Assembly: GCA_963695435.1 (NCBI GenBank)
Contig: OY968788.1
Coordinates: 280,004 to 344,003 of the forward strand
Direction of reading: 5' to 3'
Source: an uncultured bacterium
GTDB taxonomy: Bacteria; Patescibacteriota; Kazan-3B-28
DNA: 64,000 nucleotides
Shown here: positions 14,446-24,726 of the stretch, piece after piece
How positions within the stretch are numbered: position 1 is the stretch's first letter
How the letters are laid out: every line of letters begins with the position of its first letter
Notes under the pieces: generated by a model
What the model was told of the DNA's origin: nothing
Database searches by the model: none
The model's input: the letters and a program-made list of their open reading frames with translations, nothing else
Position numbers and translations under genes: made by a program

Positions 14446-15891
14446 ATGAGTGATAGTGCGATAGAAAAATACGAAGCAGTGATTGGGTTGGAGATTCATG
14501 TTCAGTTGGACACGAAATCCAAAATGTTTTGCCGTTGCGATAACAATTCGGAAAATGCCGAGCCCAATACTAATGTTTGTCCTGTGTGTATGGGTTACCC
14601 GGGAGTCTTGCCGGTAACAAATGCGCAGGCGATTGATTGGGGAATCAAAACTGCGATTGCACTTGGTTGTTCGATAAATCCAATGCAGAGATTTGATAGA
14701 AAGAATTATTTCTACCCAGATCTTCCGAAGGGTTATCAGATTTCACAGTTTTTTTATCCTGTGGGTGAAAAAGGCAATCTGAAAGTGGATTATTTGGCAG
14801 GGGACAGAAAGACGAAAAAAGAATTTGCAGTTGGTATTACCCGAATTCATCTGGAAGAAGATGCGGGCAAATTGGTACATGCAAAAGATGCTACGCTAGT
14901 TGACCTAAATCGGTGCGGAACACCGTTGATGGAGATTGTGACAGAACCGGATATCAAATCACCCGAAGAAGCAAAGGCATTTTTGCAGGAATTACAACGG
15001 GTAGTCAGACGTCTGGGAGTGTCTCGGGCGGATATGGAGAAAGGACACCTGCGGGTGGATGCGAATGTTTCAGTACGGCCATTAGGGCAGGACGCTTTTG
15101 GCACAAAGGTGGAAGTAAAAAATATGAACTCGTTCCGTTTTATGGAACAAGCACTTCAATATGAAATTGGAAGACAGGTGGAACTATTGGAAAAAGGAGA
15201 ACGAATTGAAATGGAGACTCGCGGGTGGGATGAAAAGTCTACCACAACTATTTCTCAGCGTAGTAAAGAAGGTTCGGTGGACTATCGTTACTTCCCAGAG
15301 CCGGATTTGCCTTCTATTTATATAGGAAAAGAAAAGATTGATGAAATTGGCGATGATTTGCCGTTACTTCCGTCTGCATTGCGGTTGAAAGCGGAAGAGT
15401 TTGGTTTGCCTTATGACCGCATTATTGAATTACAGGATTTGGGAAAGTTGAGAGAGATAGTTTGTCATATCGAAAACATTGAGGGCGTAAAGGGTTCGGA
15501 GGCGCTTGCGAAAGTTGATATTGTGAAATTAGCCAATATGTTAGTCCGTGGAATAGATTTTAAGAACAGCCGTCAGGTGCTGGACTTTTTTGTAGTGGTA
15601 GAAGATAAAGGTTTATCATCTACATCCGCAGATAAATTAAGTTTATTGATGAAAGAACATCCTGAAAAACCACTGGCGGAATTAGTCGGTGAATTGAAGT
15701 CACTTAGCGAAGAAGACTTAGAAAAAATCGTGAAACAGGTAATTGATGACAATCCTGAAATAGTTGCTAAGGTGAAAGCGGGGGATGAACGGGTAAAAGG
15801 CTTCCTGATGGGGCAGATAATGGCTAAAAGTAAGGGTGAGGCAGAACCCGCTCTGGCACAGAATATTTTGAACCGTCTTATTGCCCAGTAG
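14446..15891 (+). CDS. gatB: Asp/Glu-tRNA amidotransferase subunit B
   Basis: IGLEIHVQL, RKNYFYPDLPKGYQISQ, HLEEDAGK, YRYFPEPDL. Confidence 0.98.
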   Translation: MSDSAIEKYEAVIGLEIHVQLDTKSKMFCRCDNNSENAEPNTNVCPVCMGYPGVLPVTNAQAIDWGIKTAIALGCSINPMQRFDRKNYFYPDLPKGYQISQFFYPVGEKGNLKVDYLAGDRKTKKEFAVGITRIHLEEDAGKLVHAKDATLVDLNRCGTPLMEIVTEPDIKSPEEAKAFLQELQRVVRRLGVSRADMEKGHLRVDANVSVRPLGQDAFGTKVEVKNMNSFRFMEQALQYEIGRQVELLEKGERIEMETRGWDEKSTTTISQRSKEGSVDYRYFPEPDLPSIYIGKEKIDEIGDDLPLLPSALRLKAEEFGLPYDRIIELQDLGKLREIVCHIENIEGVKGSEALAKVDIVKLANMLVRGIDFKNSRQVLDFFVVVEDKGLSSTSADKLSLLMKEHPEKPLAELVGELKSLSEEDLEKIVKQVIDDNPEIVAKVKAGDERVKGFLMGQIMAKSKGEAEPALAQNILNRLIAQ

Positions 15892-16030
15892 AGAAATTTG
15901 GAATATCTGGTCTCTGTATATGCTGTATGCTGATGAGTGTTACCGAATGTTAGTCTAATTTGATGCCAAAAATGCTAAATTAGCTACGCCCAGATAAGAA
16001 AAAAGCATATTTCCAAATTCTTCTACCGGG

Positions 16031-16059
16031 TTGACACTGTAATAAAAGTATGGCATAAT
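16031..16059 (+). promoter_or_regulatory. Sigma70 promoter
   Basis: TTGACA-17 nt-CATAAT with extended -10 TG. Confidence 0.7.
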
Positions 16060-16092
16060 GCGACCTAGCAGGGGATACTAAAATTGTTTTTT

Positions 16093-16470
16093 ATGGGTAA
16101 GAATAATTCCAATAAGCACGAGAAGATTCGGGTGGAAACACCTAGAGGGCTTGAGGCGCTTGAAAAGATAGATGGTGATTTGGGCAGGGCGGCTGAATCT
16201 AGGATAACAAGACGCACGGAAGGGATGTTAGATACAGAGCTTGTTGGTAGTGACGGTATTGATGACTCTAGTTTGCGGAGAGCATTTCATGCGGGGATGA
16301 GCGCGGAGGGGCAAGTAAAACCAGCTAGGCGAGAGAGACCGACAGAAGTAACCTCTGGCTCCGTCGTCCGTGATGCGGTCAAGTTAGGAGAAGAAGCGAT
16401 TGAATTTGGAGGATCCGCAATCGGTCTGACGATTGAAATGATGACTGATCTTAGTGATAACGCTAAATAG
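16093..16470 (+). CDS. Hypothetical charged protein
   Basis: ORF directly after promoter and 7 nt before the second ATPase. Confidence 0.65.
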   Translation: MGKNNSNKHEKIRVETPRGLEALEKIDGDLGRAAESRITRRTEGMLDTELVGSDGIDDSSLRRAFHAGMSAEGQVKPARRERPTEVTSGSVVRDAVKLGEEAIEFGGSAIGLTIEMMTDLSDNAK

Positions 16471-16477
16471 GTAATAA

Positions 16478-18901
16478 ATGACAGGTTTGTATTTAGGATT
16501 GGGGGTGGTTATCGTATTGGCCGGTATCGGCTGGTTTTGGTTATCACAAAGAAAGTCAAAAAAAGGATCGGATGATGTAAGAAGTCGGGTGAATTTGATG
16601 ATTGCGGTTCCGCGACCGAAAGAGGAACAACAAGCGCCGGATATCAAGGCGATTATTGCGCCGATGGAAACTATTTTTAGTAATCTGGCGGGGATTGCTG
16701 ATGCGGTAGGAAATCGGCATCTAACTTTTGAAATTGCTACCGAACAGGAACTAATTAGTTTTTACGCGACTGTCCCTGTAGGTTTGGTAGATTTTTTAGA
16801 AAAACAAATTACTTCACAATATCCTGACGCAATCGTGGAGCGGGCGCCATACCCAAACTTTTTCCCGTCAGACGCGAAGATTGCCAGTGCTCAACTAGTG
16901 CTTAAAAAGGCAAATTATTTTCCAATTCGTACTTACGCCAATCTGCAGATTGATGGGCTTTCGGCGCTCACTAACGCAATGAGCAAGTTGGCTGATCAAG
17001 GGGCAGGAGCGGGGATTCAGATAATGTTTCGACCGATTGAAAGTAAGCAATGGACGAAACAAGCTCACACGGCGGCAAAAAATTTGCAGCAGGGGAAGTC
17101 CAGTTCATCAATTGGTGAAGGGGTTATGAAGGGGTTGGGTGATTTGGTGACACCGACAAATAAAGACGGAAAACAGCCAGAAAATAAAGCAATTACTGCC
17201 GGGCAGGAGGATGTTGTACGGGCAATCGAAAGTAAGGCCTCAAAATCAGGATTTGAGACGGTGATTCGGTTAGTTACAACCGCGCCTGATGAAAATCAAG
17301 CAAGAAGCCATCTAAGAACATTGATTGATAGTTTTTTGCAGTTCAATGCGCCTGAACTGAATGGTTTGACGGTGGCGAAATATCCCGAGATAGAAGTTTT
17401 GAAAGATTACATTTTGCGTCAGTTTGGTGACCCGCGAAATTCATTTATTTTTAATACAGAAGAATTAGCGACAGTTTTTCATTTGCCGGGGCTAAAAACA
17501 GAGACGCCAAATATTCGTTGGCTGAAAGCGAAGCGTTTGCCCGCTCCTGATAATTTGCCGAAGCAGGGGATTCTCTTAGGGAAAAATGTTTATCGGGGCA
17601 TGGAAAAGCCAATCAGAATGGAGACCGATGACAGGCGCAGACACATTTATGTAATTGGTAAGACTGGTACAGGTAAAACAACTTGGATGCAAAACATGGC
17701 GTTGCAGGATATCAATACAGGCGAAGGTGTTTGTGTAATCGACCCACACGGTGACATGATTGAGTGGCTTTTGCAGAGAATTCCGAAAGAACGGGTTGAT
17801 GATGTGATTCACTTTTATCCGCCTGATACAGAGAGGCCTTTAGGGCTGAATTTGCTGGAAGCAACAACTCCTGCCGAAAAAGATATGGTAGTTTCGGAAA
17901 TGATTGCTATCTTTTACAAATTGTTTGATCCGAACAGTGCGGGGATTGTCGGACCGATTTTTGAACACTATATGCGCAATGCGATGCTTCTGTTGTTGGC
18001 GGATGAAACAGGAGCCACACTAATTGATATCCCCAGAGTATTTACGGACAAGGCTTTTCGGGAGGCGAAACTCGTCAATGTGACCGATCCGACTGTTTTA
18101 CGATTCTGGAAAGAAGAATTCGCCCAAGCAGAAAAAAGTAATCAGGTAGGGGAGTTGTTCTCCTATATCATCAGTAAAATTGGACGATTTATCAGTAACG
18201 AAATGATGCGCAATATTGTTGGACAAGCGAAAAGTTCGTTCGACATTCGCAACATAATGGATAGCAAAAAGATTTTGCTGGTGAATTTGGCAAAAGGTTT
18301 GACTGGCGAAATAAATAGCAACTTGCTTGGGTTTATTATGGTATCCAAGATGCAGATGGCAGCTCTTTCCCGCGCTGATATGGCGGAGAACTCCCGTAAT
18401 GACTTCTATTTGTATATTGATGAGTTCCAAAATGTGACAACGGAATCGATTGCCACTATTTTGTCGGAAGCAAGAAAATATCGGTTGAATTTGATTATTG
18501 CGCACCAATTTGTGGCACAGTTGGATGAAAAGATTCGTGATGCTGTGTTTGGCAATGTCGGCTCGCTGGTTGCTTTTACAATCGGTGCGCCTGACGCTGA
18601 AACAATCGGAAAACAATTTGAGCCCGATGTCAGCCAAAACGATTTGATAAATATCGAAAACAGAAATGCTTATGTGAAGCTGATGATTGACGGGATGGTG
18701 AGTCGGCCGTTTACTATGCAGGCGCCGCCGCCGATGGGTCAGCCGAATATTAAAATTGGCGAGGCTATCAAACAACTGTCGCGGTTGAAGTTTGGCAAAG
18801 ACAAACGAATTGTTGAACGGCAGGTGGGTGAACGCATCAAATATACCCGCAATACAAACTTACCCGGAACGGGTTTACAGGGGCCCAATAATCAGGTATA
18901 A
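16478..18901 (+). CDS. Membrane-anchored VirB4/TraG/HerA-like P-loop ATPase (paralog 2)
   Basis: N-terminal TM; RRRHIYVIGKTGTGKT, IDPHGD, LYIDEFQN, SEARKYRL..AHQ. Confidence 0.9.
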   Translation: MTGLYLGLGVVIVLAGIGWFWLSQRKSKKGSDDVRSRVNLMIAVPRPKEEQQAPDIKAIIAPMETIFSNLAGIADAVGNRHLTFEIATEQELISFYATVPVGLVDFLEKQITSQYPDAIVERAPYPNFFPSDAKIASAQLVLKKANYFPIRTYANLQIDGLSALTNAMSKLADQGAGAGIQIMFRPIESKQWTKQAHTAAKNLQQGKSSSSIGEGVMKGLGDLVTPTNKDGKQPENKAITAGQEDVVRAIESKASKSGFETVIRLVTTAPDENQARSHLRTLIDSFLQFNAPELNGLTVAKYPEIEVLKDYILRQFGDPRNSFIFNTEELATVFHLPGLKTETPNIRWLKAKRLPAPDNLPKQGILLGKNVYRGMEKPIRMETDDRRRHIYVIGKTGTGKTTWMQNMALQDINTGEGVCVIDPHGDMIEWLLQRIPKERVDDVIHFYPPDTERPLGLNLLEATTPAEKDMVVSEMIAIFYKLFDPNSAGIVGPIFEHYMRNAMLLLLADETGATLIDIPRVFTDKAFREAKLVNVTDPTVLRFWKEEFAQAEKSNQVGELFSYIISKIGRFISNEMMRNIVGQAKSSFDIRNIMDSKKILLVNLAKGLTGEINSNLLGFIMVSKMQMAALSRADMAENSRNDFYLYIDEFQNVTTESIATILSEARKYRLNLIIAHQFVAQLDEKIRDAVFGNVGSLVAFTIGAPDAETIGKQFEPDVSQNDLINIENRNAYVKLMIDGMVSRPFTMQAPPPMGQPNIKIGEAIKQLSRLKFGKDKRIVERQVGERIKYTRNTNLPGTGLQGPNNQV

Positions 18902-18948
18902 TGCCTCGGTCAGCTAAAAATACAAGTAAAAACGAAAGGAAATAAAAA

Positions 18949-19470
18949 ATGGCAGACAAATCAAAAATCGAGATGGTAAAGCAGCTGCTGGAAACGGCAA
19001 CCGCTAATTTGGCGTCAGCTAAACAAGTGTTGGCTGATCTGTTGGGTGTGTCTTTTGATGATGTATCGGGCAAGGCAATGAATCTGAAGTCAGAAGGCAA
19101 TGTTGTTGAGGGTGTGTTTGATGGTCAGTATATGTTGGATCACGATGGTAAGAAATATCCAGTTCCTGCCAACTACGCCAGCAAATCTAAATTGGTGGTA
19201 GGGGATGTGCTGAAATTGACTATCCAAGATGACGGTTCATTTATCTTCAAACAAATCGGACCGGTTGATCGCAAGAAACTTTTGGGAACGCTGGTATATG
19301 AAAATGATGAATACAAAGTAGTGGCGGGCGGAAAGTCGTTTGCCGTACTACTGGCTTCTGTGACTTACTTCAAACTAACTCCGGGTGACCAAGTGACTAT
19401 TCTGATACCTGAAGGTAAAGAAGATTCACATTGGGCTGCGATTGAAAATGCAGTGATACAGAGTGATTAG
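18949..19470 (+). CDS. Conserved hypothetical protein (CPR-type)
   Basis: VEGVFDGQ..YPVPANYASKSKLVVGD..FKQIGPV, recalled as a CPR family. Confidence 0.8.
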   Translation: MADKSKIEMVKQLLETATANLASAKQVLADLLGVSFDDVSGKAMNLKSEGNVVEGVFDGQYMLDHDGKKYPVPANYASKSKLVVGDVLKLTIQDDGSFIFKQIGPVDRKKLLGTLVYENDEYKVVAGGKSFAVLLASVTYFKLTPGDQVTILIPEGKEDSHWAAIENAVIQSD

Positions 19471-19494
19471 CTCTTGAGGGAAACAAACCCAATT

Positions 19495-20310
19495 ATGAAG
19501 ATATCGGTATTGATTATTGCCCACAATGAAGCGGGTAATATTCGTGAATGTTTGGAATCAATTCAACGGCAGACACAAAAACCGGATGAAACTATTTTAG
19601 TGGCGCATAACTGTACTGATAATACAGTTGAGATTGCGAAAGAGATCCTGAACAAATTTCAGGATGACGGAATAGTATGGCGGATAGTTGAGGAGCATGG
19701 TCCCGAAGGGCCTCTGTATGCCCGAATTAGGGGTTTTAGGGAGGCAACGGGTGAAATCATCGCTTGTATTGATGGAGACTCAATTGCGGCTAAAAACTGG
19801 CTTCAGAGGCTAATTTCCAGATCTGATAGGAGGAAAAATGTGGCTGTTGGTGGGGGAGTCTGGCTCCGAGGAGGCCTGAGGGCTTTTTTGATGAGTTTGG
19901 ATTTCTTTTGGTTAAAACCAATTTATGCACCAAATAGATTGAAATATTTTTGGGGAGCAAACTTTTGTATTAGGAAAGATGTTTATGAAAAAGTTGGAGG
20001 ATTAGTACCGCTAATCAAAATTCGTGAAGAAATATACCAACAGGATTTGAGAAAACAGGAACTAGATCCTTCGGCTACGCTCAGGACGGCGTTCTCTAAG
20101 ACTAACGAGTGCCGACTAGGCCTTTCATTTGACGCAGAAGACCTGTATTTGAGTCTAATGGTATCAGCAGTCGGCAAAGTGGAGATAGACCCATGGGCGG
20201 TAGTGGTGAGTAAAGCTACGGAAACAAATTGGAAAATTCGTACGCGGATTCAGGGAGAAGATAAACAAAAACTAATTACATACATAAAAGAAGGTTCAAA
20301 TAAGGTCTAG
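19495..20310 (+). CDS. Glycosyltransferase family 2 with in-frame repeat insertions
   Basis: ISVLIIAHNE, CTDNT, IDGD (DxD), WGANF, ED motif. Confidence 0.9.
   Translation: MKISVLIIAHNEAGNIRECLESIQRQTQKPDETILVAHNCTDNTVEIAKEILNKFQDDGIVWRIVEEHGPEGPLYARIRGFREATGEIIACIDGDSIAAKNWLQRLISRSDRRKNVAVGGGVWLRGGLRAFLMSLDFFWLKPIYAPNRLKYFWGANFCIRKDVYEKVGGLVPLIKIREEIYQQDLRKQELDPSATLRTAFSKTNECRLGLSFDAEDLYLSLMVSAVGKVEIDPWAVVVSKATETNWKIRTRIQGEDKQKLITYIKEGSNKV
19643..19668 (+). repeat. REP-like half element inside GT2 CDS
   Basis: AGATCCTGAAcaaatTTCAGGATGAC matches intergenic modules at 47785 and 54351. Confidence 0.8.
20064..20090 (+). repeat. REP-like half element inside GT2 CDS
   Basis: AGATCCTTCGGCTACGCTCAGGACGGC matches the right arm of the intergenic copies. 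Confidence 0.8.
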
Positions 20311-20409
20311 GGGGTACTTCTCTTTACTCCTTATATGATGTCGTACAAGATACAATGTGCGACACTGTCTATTCTGTTGGGGTGGTACTATTTTTGTGTT
20401 TGTTTATGT

Positions 20410-20482
20410 TGTCATTCTGAATGTAATGAAGAATCTATAGTAATAATTTATTTATAGACCCTTCGACTACGCCCAGGATGAC
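20410..20482 (+). repeat. REP-like palindromic element copy 1
   Basis: TGTCATTCTGAATGTAATGAAGAATCT...AGACCCTTCG...CAGGATGAC. Confidence 0.9.
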
Positions 20483-20658
20483 GATTATTGATGCGACTCC
20501 CCTACTTGGTGTGTTTAGGCGGTTTGACAATTACCGTATTTTTATTTGAAATAATTTTTATACGAAAAGAGCTAGGCGTTGTGTGATATTGCTACCACAC
20601 GCTGCCTAGCTCGTTGTGATTGTTGTTTCCCCTGCTTACTGAATAACAGGGATAAGGT

Positions 20659-21354
20659 TCATTTCCAGTGGGACGGTGTGTGTGGGCGCGAGCCTGCGAA
20701 TCTCCCACTTTCGTAATTGGGGGCTCGTCCCCCTTGGCCGGTTAAAACTGTAAGGGGGACCTTGGCGTTCGGATCTCGCATCATAACCTTTGCGACGGTG
20801 CAAAGGAAGGTCGATGCCGAGAAAACTTCGAACCTCATGCTATCCCCCTGCAAGTTTCCTCCCTCGGGGTCGGTCGCTCTAAAGAACAACCAATCCTTCG
20901 AGACTTCTTCATTGAGTTCGTTGTATTCTTTCTTCTTCTCACTCCATATGCGAGAAGTCCCAAGCCGAATTGGGATTTCTATCCCTGCAAGGTTGCCATT
21001 GAGAATTGCTTTGGCAGCCTTAAAGATTCTCACGGTCTGGAGGATTGTTTCCAAGTGTTCCCCACATCCGCCGAGGACACCAGATGTTTCTGAGAGGTCG
21101 AGACCAATCTTCTTGGAGAAGAATGGTATCTCCTCCATCGAGGCCTCGACTTTAAGGAGAGAATTGTCGCTCTTCTTCATCTTGCTGTGTCGTACAAGTG
21201 ACATAGCAATAACAAGTCCCTCGTAAGCAACGGTCTTAGTCTCATACAGTTTCGGTTCACCTTCCGGTTGGAAGATAACCTCAGCTGTTAGAAACTCAAC
21301 TATCTTTTCTATCTCCCTCTCCTGCCTAGTCTTCTTGATTGCGTCTGCGTACAT
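20659..21354 (-). CDS. Hypothetical protein (orphan)
   Basis: 231-aa ORF, SD AAAGGGG, TTGACT promoter upstream, hairpin GAGCTAGGC/GCCTAGCTC downstream. Confidence 0.75.
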   Translation of the reverse strand: MYADAIKKTRQEREIEKIVEFLTAEVIFQPEGEPKLYETKTVAYEGLVIAMSLVRHSKMKKSDNSLLKVEASMEEIPFFSKKIGLDLSETSGVLGGCGEHLETILQTVRIFKAAKAILNGNLAGIEIPIRLGTSRIWSEKKKEYNELNEEVSKDWLFFRATDPEGGNLQGDSMRFEVFSASTFLCTVAKVMMRDPNAKVPLTVLTGQGGRAPNYESGRFAGSRPHTPSHWK

Positions 21355-21465
21355 TCGGAGTCCCCTTTGAAAATAAGATGTTCAGGTACAGCACATAGGC
21401 ATCCTTAGGCGGGAGTGCCTTATCACATTCGATACTACTAGATTTTTGGCTCCCAGTCAAGGAAA

Positions 21466-24400
21466 TCAGGCTGTTTGGCTGGAGCCGTTGCCGTTGTGGA
21501 TCTTGGAGACGATTTTAGTCAGTTCTTCCAGCCAATCACCCGCTAGGTCGGTGTGGTTGAATTTGATATCTTTCTCCCCTATTTGAAGAGTTGGGAGAAG
21601 TTTGATGACGGGTTCTAGTACTTTTGGTTTGAGTGGTTGGGTAAATTGAATAGTAATGGAATAAAGCGGCGGCAAATTACTTGGATTGAGGTTGCGGGCA
21701 GTGATGGAAGTAATTAGCTGGGTCGCTAACCCTGCAAGTTTCAATATTAATAGTTTCTTGAGATTGACTACTTCGGTCGGCAGTTTGCCATAATTTTCCT
21801 CAATTCGTTTAAATTCTTCCGTGAGCGCTGTTTCATTTTCAATAACGCCAAGCGTTTGGTAAATCTTCAGGCGCTGACTTTCCGCATCTACATATTTTAC
21901 TGGCAGGAATGCGCTGACAGGCAAATCGATTGTCACATCCGATACATCAATCTTTCGCCCGCTTCGCATTTCGTCAACTGCTTTATTGATGAGTTTGGTA
22001 TAAAGACTTAAACCGATAGCAGTAATGTGTCCATGCTGCTGTTTGGACAGAACTCCACCGGCACCGCGAATCTGCATATCACGCATTGCGATGTTATATC
22101 CGCTTCCAAGTTCTGTATTTTCCTGAATAGTTTTCAGGCGTTCCAGAGCACGTTCCGACATTTTGCCCTTGTTGTACATAAAAGTGGCATAAGCTTGGAT
22201 TTTCCCTCGTCCAATGCGTCCGCGAAGCTGGTGAAGTTGGGATAATCCAAATCTGCCTGCATCATCAACAATCAAAGTATTTACATTGGGGTTGTCGATA
22301 CCGTTTTCGATAATTGTAGAGGCAATCAAAACATCATATTTATGTGCGTCAAAATCTTGCATTATCTTTGCCAGCATTCGTTCGCCCATTTGACCATGAG
22401 CGTGAACGAACTTCACTTCGGGCATCAACTGTTCCAAGCGGTGTTGAACCGTATCAATAGTTTGAACGCGGTTGTGAACGAAATAAACTTGTCCGCTTCG
22501 GCGAACTTCCCGCTCAATTACCTCTTTGATGGTATTACTGCCGTATGGAACGACAGTTGTAATAATAGGAAGGCGGTTGGTGGGTGGAGTTTCAATTACG
22601 CTAATATCACGGATGCCTGAAAGCGCCAGATTTAGAGTTCTTGGGATTGGGGTGGCGGTAAGCGACAATACATCTACTTCGCTACGCAGAAGCTTCAGTT
22701 TTTCTTTGTGTGCCACACCAAAGCGTTGTTCTTCGTCTATAATAATGAGTCCAAGATTTTTGAAACGGATATCTTTAGAAAGTAATCGGTGGGTTCCGAT
22801 AACGATATTTACTTCACCCAGACGAAGCTGAACGACAACTTTGTCTTGTTCACTTTTTGATTTGAATCGACTTAGAGCGGCTATTTTTACATCAAAAGAC
22901 TGCAGGCGTTCAACAAAAGTTTTGTAGTGTTGTTCTACCAGAATAGTAGTGGGGGCAAGGATTGCCACCTGATATCCGGATGTAACGGCTTTGAAAGCGG
23001 CGCGGATTGCCACTTCTGTTTTTCCGAATCCCACATCAGCAACCAGTAATCTGTCCATCGGTTTATCCTTTTCCATATCGGCAAGGATTTCGTTGATGAC
23101 AGTTTCTTGGTCGGGAGTTTCTTGATAAATAAAAGAATCGGCAAGAGCTTTTTCCCACAACTCGTCAGAATCAAAACTAATTCCGCTATTCAGTTGGCGT
23201 TTCGCATACAAGTCCAGTAATTCTTTGGCAAATTTGTGAGATTCTTTTTTGATGCGGGTCATTACTCGCTTCCAAGATTGACTGGAGAGTCGAGTGAGTT
23301 GCGGTTCATGACCATCAACCGAAACATATTTGCTAATCTTGTCTATTTGATCTACGGGAACATAGAGCTTATCCCCTTTTGCGTATTCCAAAATAAGGTA
23401 TTCGCGTTCAATACCACTAAGATCAATTCGTTGAACATCTAAGAGGCGTCCGATACCGTGATCGTTGTGGACGATATAATCACCGCGTTGAATATCTGCC
23501 ATAAACATTCGTTGCTGTTTGTGGCTGGTTTTTGTATCAACTTGAGTGACGATAGAAAAAATCTCTTCGTCGGTTAGAATAATTAGTTTCAGAATCGGAC
23601 TAATTGTGCCAAGTCCTCCAACGGATGTCAGGAGAATTGGATTGTCGCCAACAGCTATATCAGCTTCTTTTAAGATTTGGGTGATTGATTTGGTCTTGTC
23701 TGTGGCAATCCCAATTTGCCAACCCTCTTTCAGATATTTTGAGATGTCTCGGGTAAGTCTGTCAATCTGAGAAGCGTAAATTGAAGGCGTCATAAATTCG
23801 AAATTCAGCTGTTTGATTTCGTCAGACGCGATGGTTTCTATTTTGACTAATGGAAGACGATCGAGTGCTTGGTTGAGTCCGACTAGTCCGACATTTTCAC
23901 TTGCCATAAACACTTCATAGAGCGACTGCAGGATATCCTCTGTGTGATCCATTATCACCAAATAATCCTGCTTGTGGTCATCAAGGAATTCAGCAAGGGT
24001 GGGAGCAAAGTTCTTAATCTTTAGTGCGGGAATCTCAATCCCCTCCTCAGTTCTTATTTTTTGTCCGCTAACAGGATTGAAATTGTAAATTTGTTCAATT
24101 TTGTTTCCATTGAAAGTTATTCGCCATGGATTATCTTGTCCGAGAGCAAAAATATCCACCACCTCTCCCCTACTGGCGACTTCACCAATTTGAAAAACCT
24201 TTACTTGTCTTTCAAACCCGAGTGCAACCAAATCTCCGACGAATTGTGTCAAAGATAATTCGTCACCAACAGATATTTTTAAACTGGTGGCAGGAGCGCT
24301 TAATGGTTCAATCAAATTACGGCTGGAAAATATTGTGAGAGCTTTGGGATGTGCCATATTTTCCCCAATTTTGATTCGTTGTTGAAAATTGGTGATGAAT

Positions 24401-24687
24401 TCCTGTCGATTGAACGCGTCAGAACGAATCGGCGGATAAATATTGGAATCTATTTTGAGCATGTCTTGCAGGAGTTTTTGGATTTTGAATTCTTCTTGCT
24501 CGTTTTTGGTAATAAAGATAATTGGCTTGTTCTGTTCTTTTTGCAAAGCTCCGAGCATCAAAACTCGCCCAAACTGGTTGAGTCCGGTAAGTGTGATGGA
24601 TTTGATGCCGGCTGTCTTCAGGAGGTTACGGAAAGGCTCTGTGTGAGCGAATTTTTCCAGCAGCAGTCGGTAGAAGGTTTCGTCCAC
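21466..24687 (-). CDS. mfd: Transcription-repair coupling factor
   Basis: RGEVVDIF, VHNDHGIG (RID), ADVGFGKTE, DEEQRFGV, TATPIPRT, QLRGRIGR, TRCF domain. Confidence 0.97.
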   Translation of the reverse strand: MDETFYRLLLEKFAHTEPFRNLLKTAGIKSITLTGLNQFGRVLMLGALQKEQNKPIIFITKNEQEEFKIQKLLQDMLKIDSNIYPPIRSDAFNRQEFITNFQQRIKIGENMAHPKALTIFSSRNLIEPLSAPATSLKISVGDELSLTQFVGDLVALGFERQVKVFQIGEVASRGEVVDIFALGQDNPWRITFNGNKIEQIYNFNPVSGQKIRTEEGIEIPALKIKNFAPTLAEFLDDHKQDYLVIMDHTEDILQSLYEVFMASENVGLVGLNQALDRLPLVKIETIASDEIKQLNFEFMTPSIYASQIDRLTRDISKYLKEGWQIGIATDKTKSITQILKEADIAVGDNPILLTSVGGLGTISPILKLIILTDEEIFSIVTQVDTKTSHKQQRMFMADIQRGDYIVHNDHGIGRLLDVQRIDLSGIEREYLILEYAKGDKLYVPVDQIDKISKYVSVDGHEPQLTRLSSQSWKRVMTRIKKESHKFAKELLDLYAKRQLNSGISFDSDELWEKALADSFIYQETPDQETVINEILADMEKDKPMDRLLVADVGFGKTEVAIRAAFKAVTSGYQVAILAPTTILVEQHYKTFVERLQSFDVKIAALSRFKSKSEQDKVVVQLRLGEVNIVIGTHRLLSKDIRFKNLGLIIIDEEQRFGVAHKEKLKLLRSEVDVLSLTATPIPRTLNLALSGIRDISVIETPPTNRLPIITTVVPYGSNTIKEVIEREVRRSGQVYFVHNRVQTIDTVQHRLEQLMPEVKFVHAHGQMGERMLAKIMQDFDAHKYDVLIASTIIENGIDNPNVNTLIVDDAGRFGLSQLHQLRGRIGRGKIQAYATFMYNKGKMSERALERLKTIQENTELGSGYNIAMRDMQIRGAGGVLSKQQHGHITAIGLSLYTKLINKAVDEMRSGRKIDVSDVTIDLPVSAFLPVKYVDAESQRLKIYQTLGVIENETALTEEFKRIEENYGKLPTEVVNLKKLLILKLAGLATQLITSITARNLNPSNLPPLYSITIQFTQPLKPKVLEPVIKLLPTLQIGEKDIKFNHTDLAGDWLEELTKIVSKIHNGNGSSQTA

Positions 24688-24691
24688 TGTC

Positions 24692-24720
24692 TTGACGAAA
24701 ATGAATTATTCTGGTATAAT
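24692..24720 (+). promoter_or_regulatory. Sigma70 promoter, opposite strand to neighbouring genes
   Basis: TTGACG-17 nt-TATAAT with extended -10 TG. Confidence 0.8.
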
Positions 24721-24726
24721 AGGGAG

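Noticed and set aside
15493-15520. GSEALAKVD in GatB as a repeat-derived peptide
   Set aside because: Peptide resemblance only; the DNA is not palindromic
20524-20555. TTGACA promoter after the first repeat
   Set aside because: No acceptable -10 at 16-18 nt spacing and no downstream + gene
20310-21466. Replication origin or terminus at the gene-strand switch
   Set aside because: No DnaA box cluster or clear dif site; repeat orientation does not flip here
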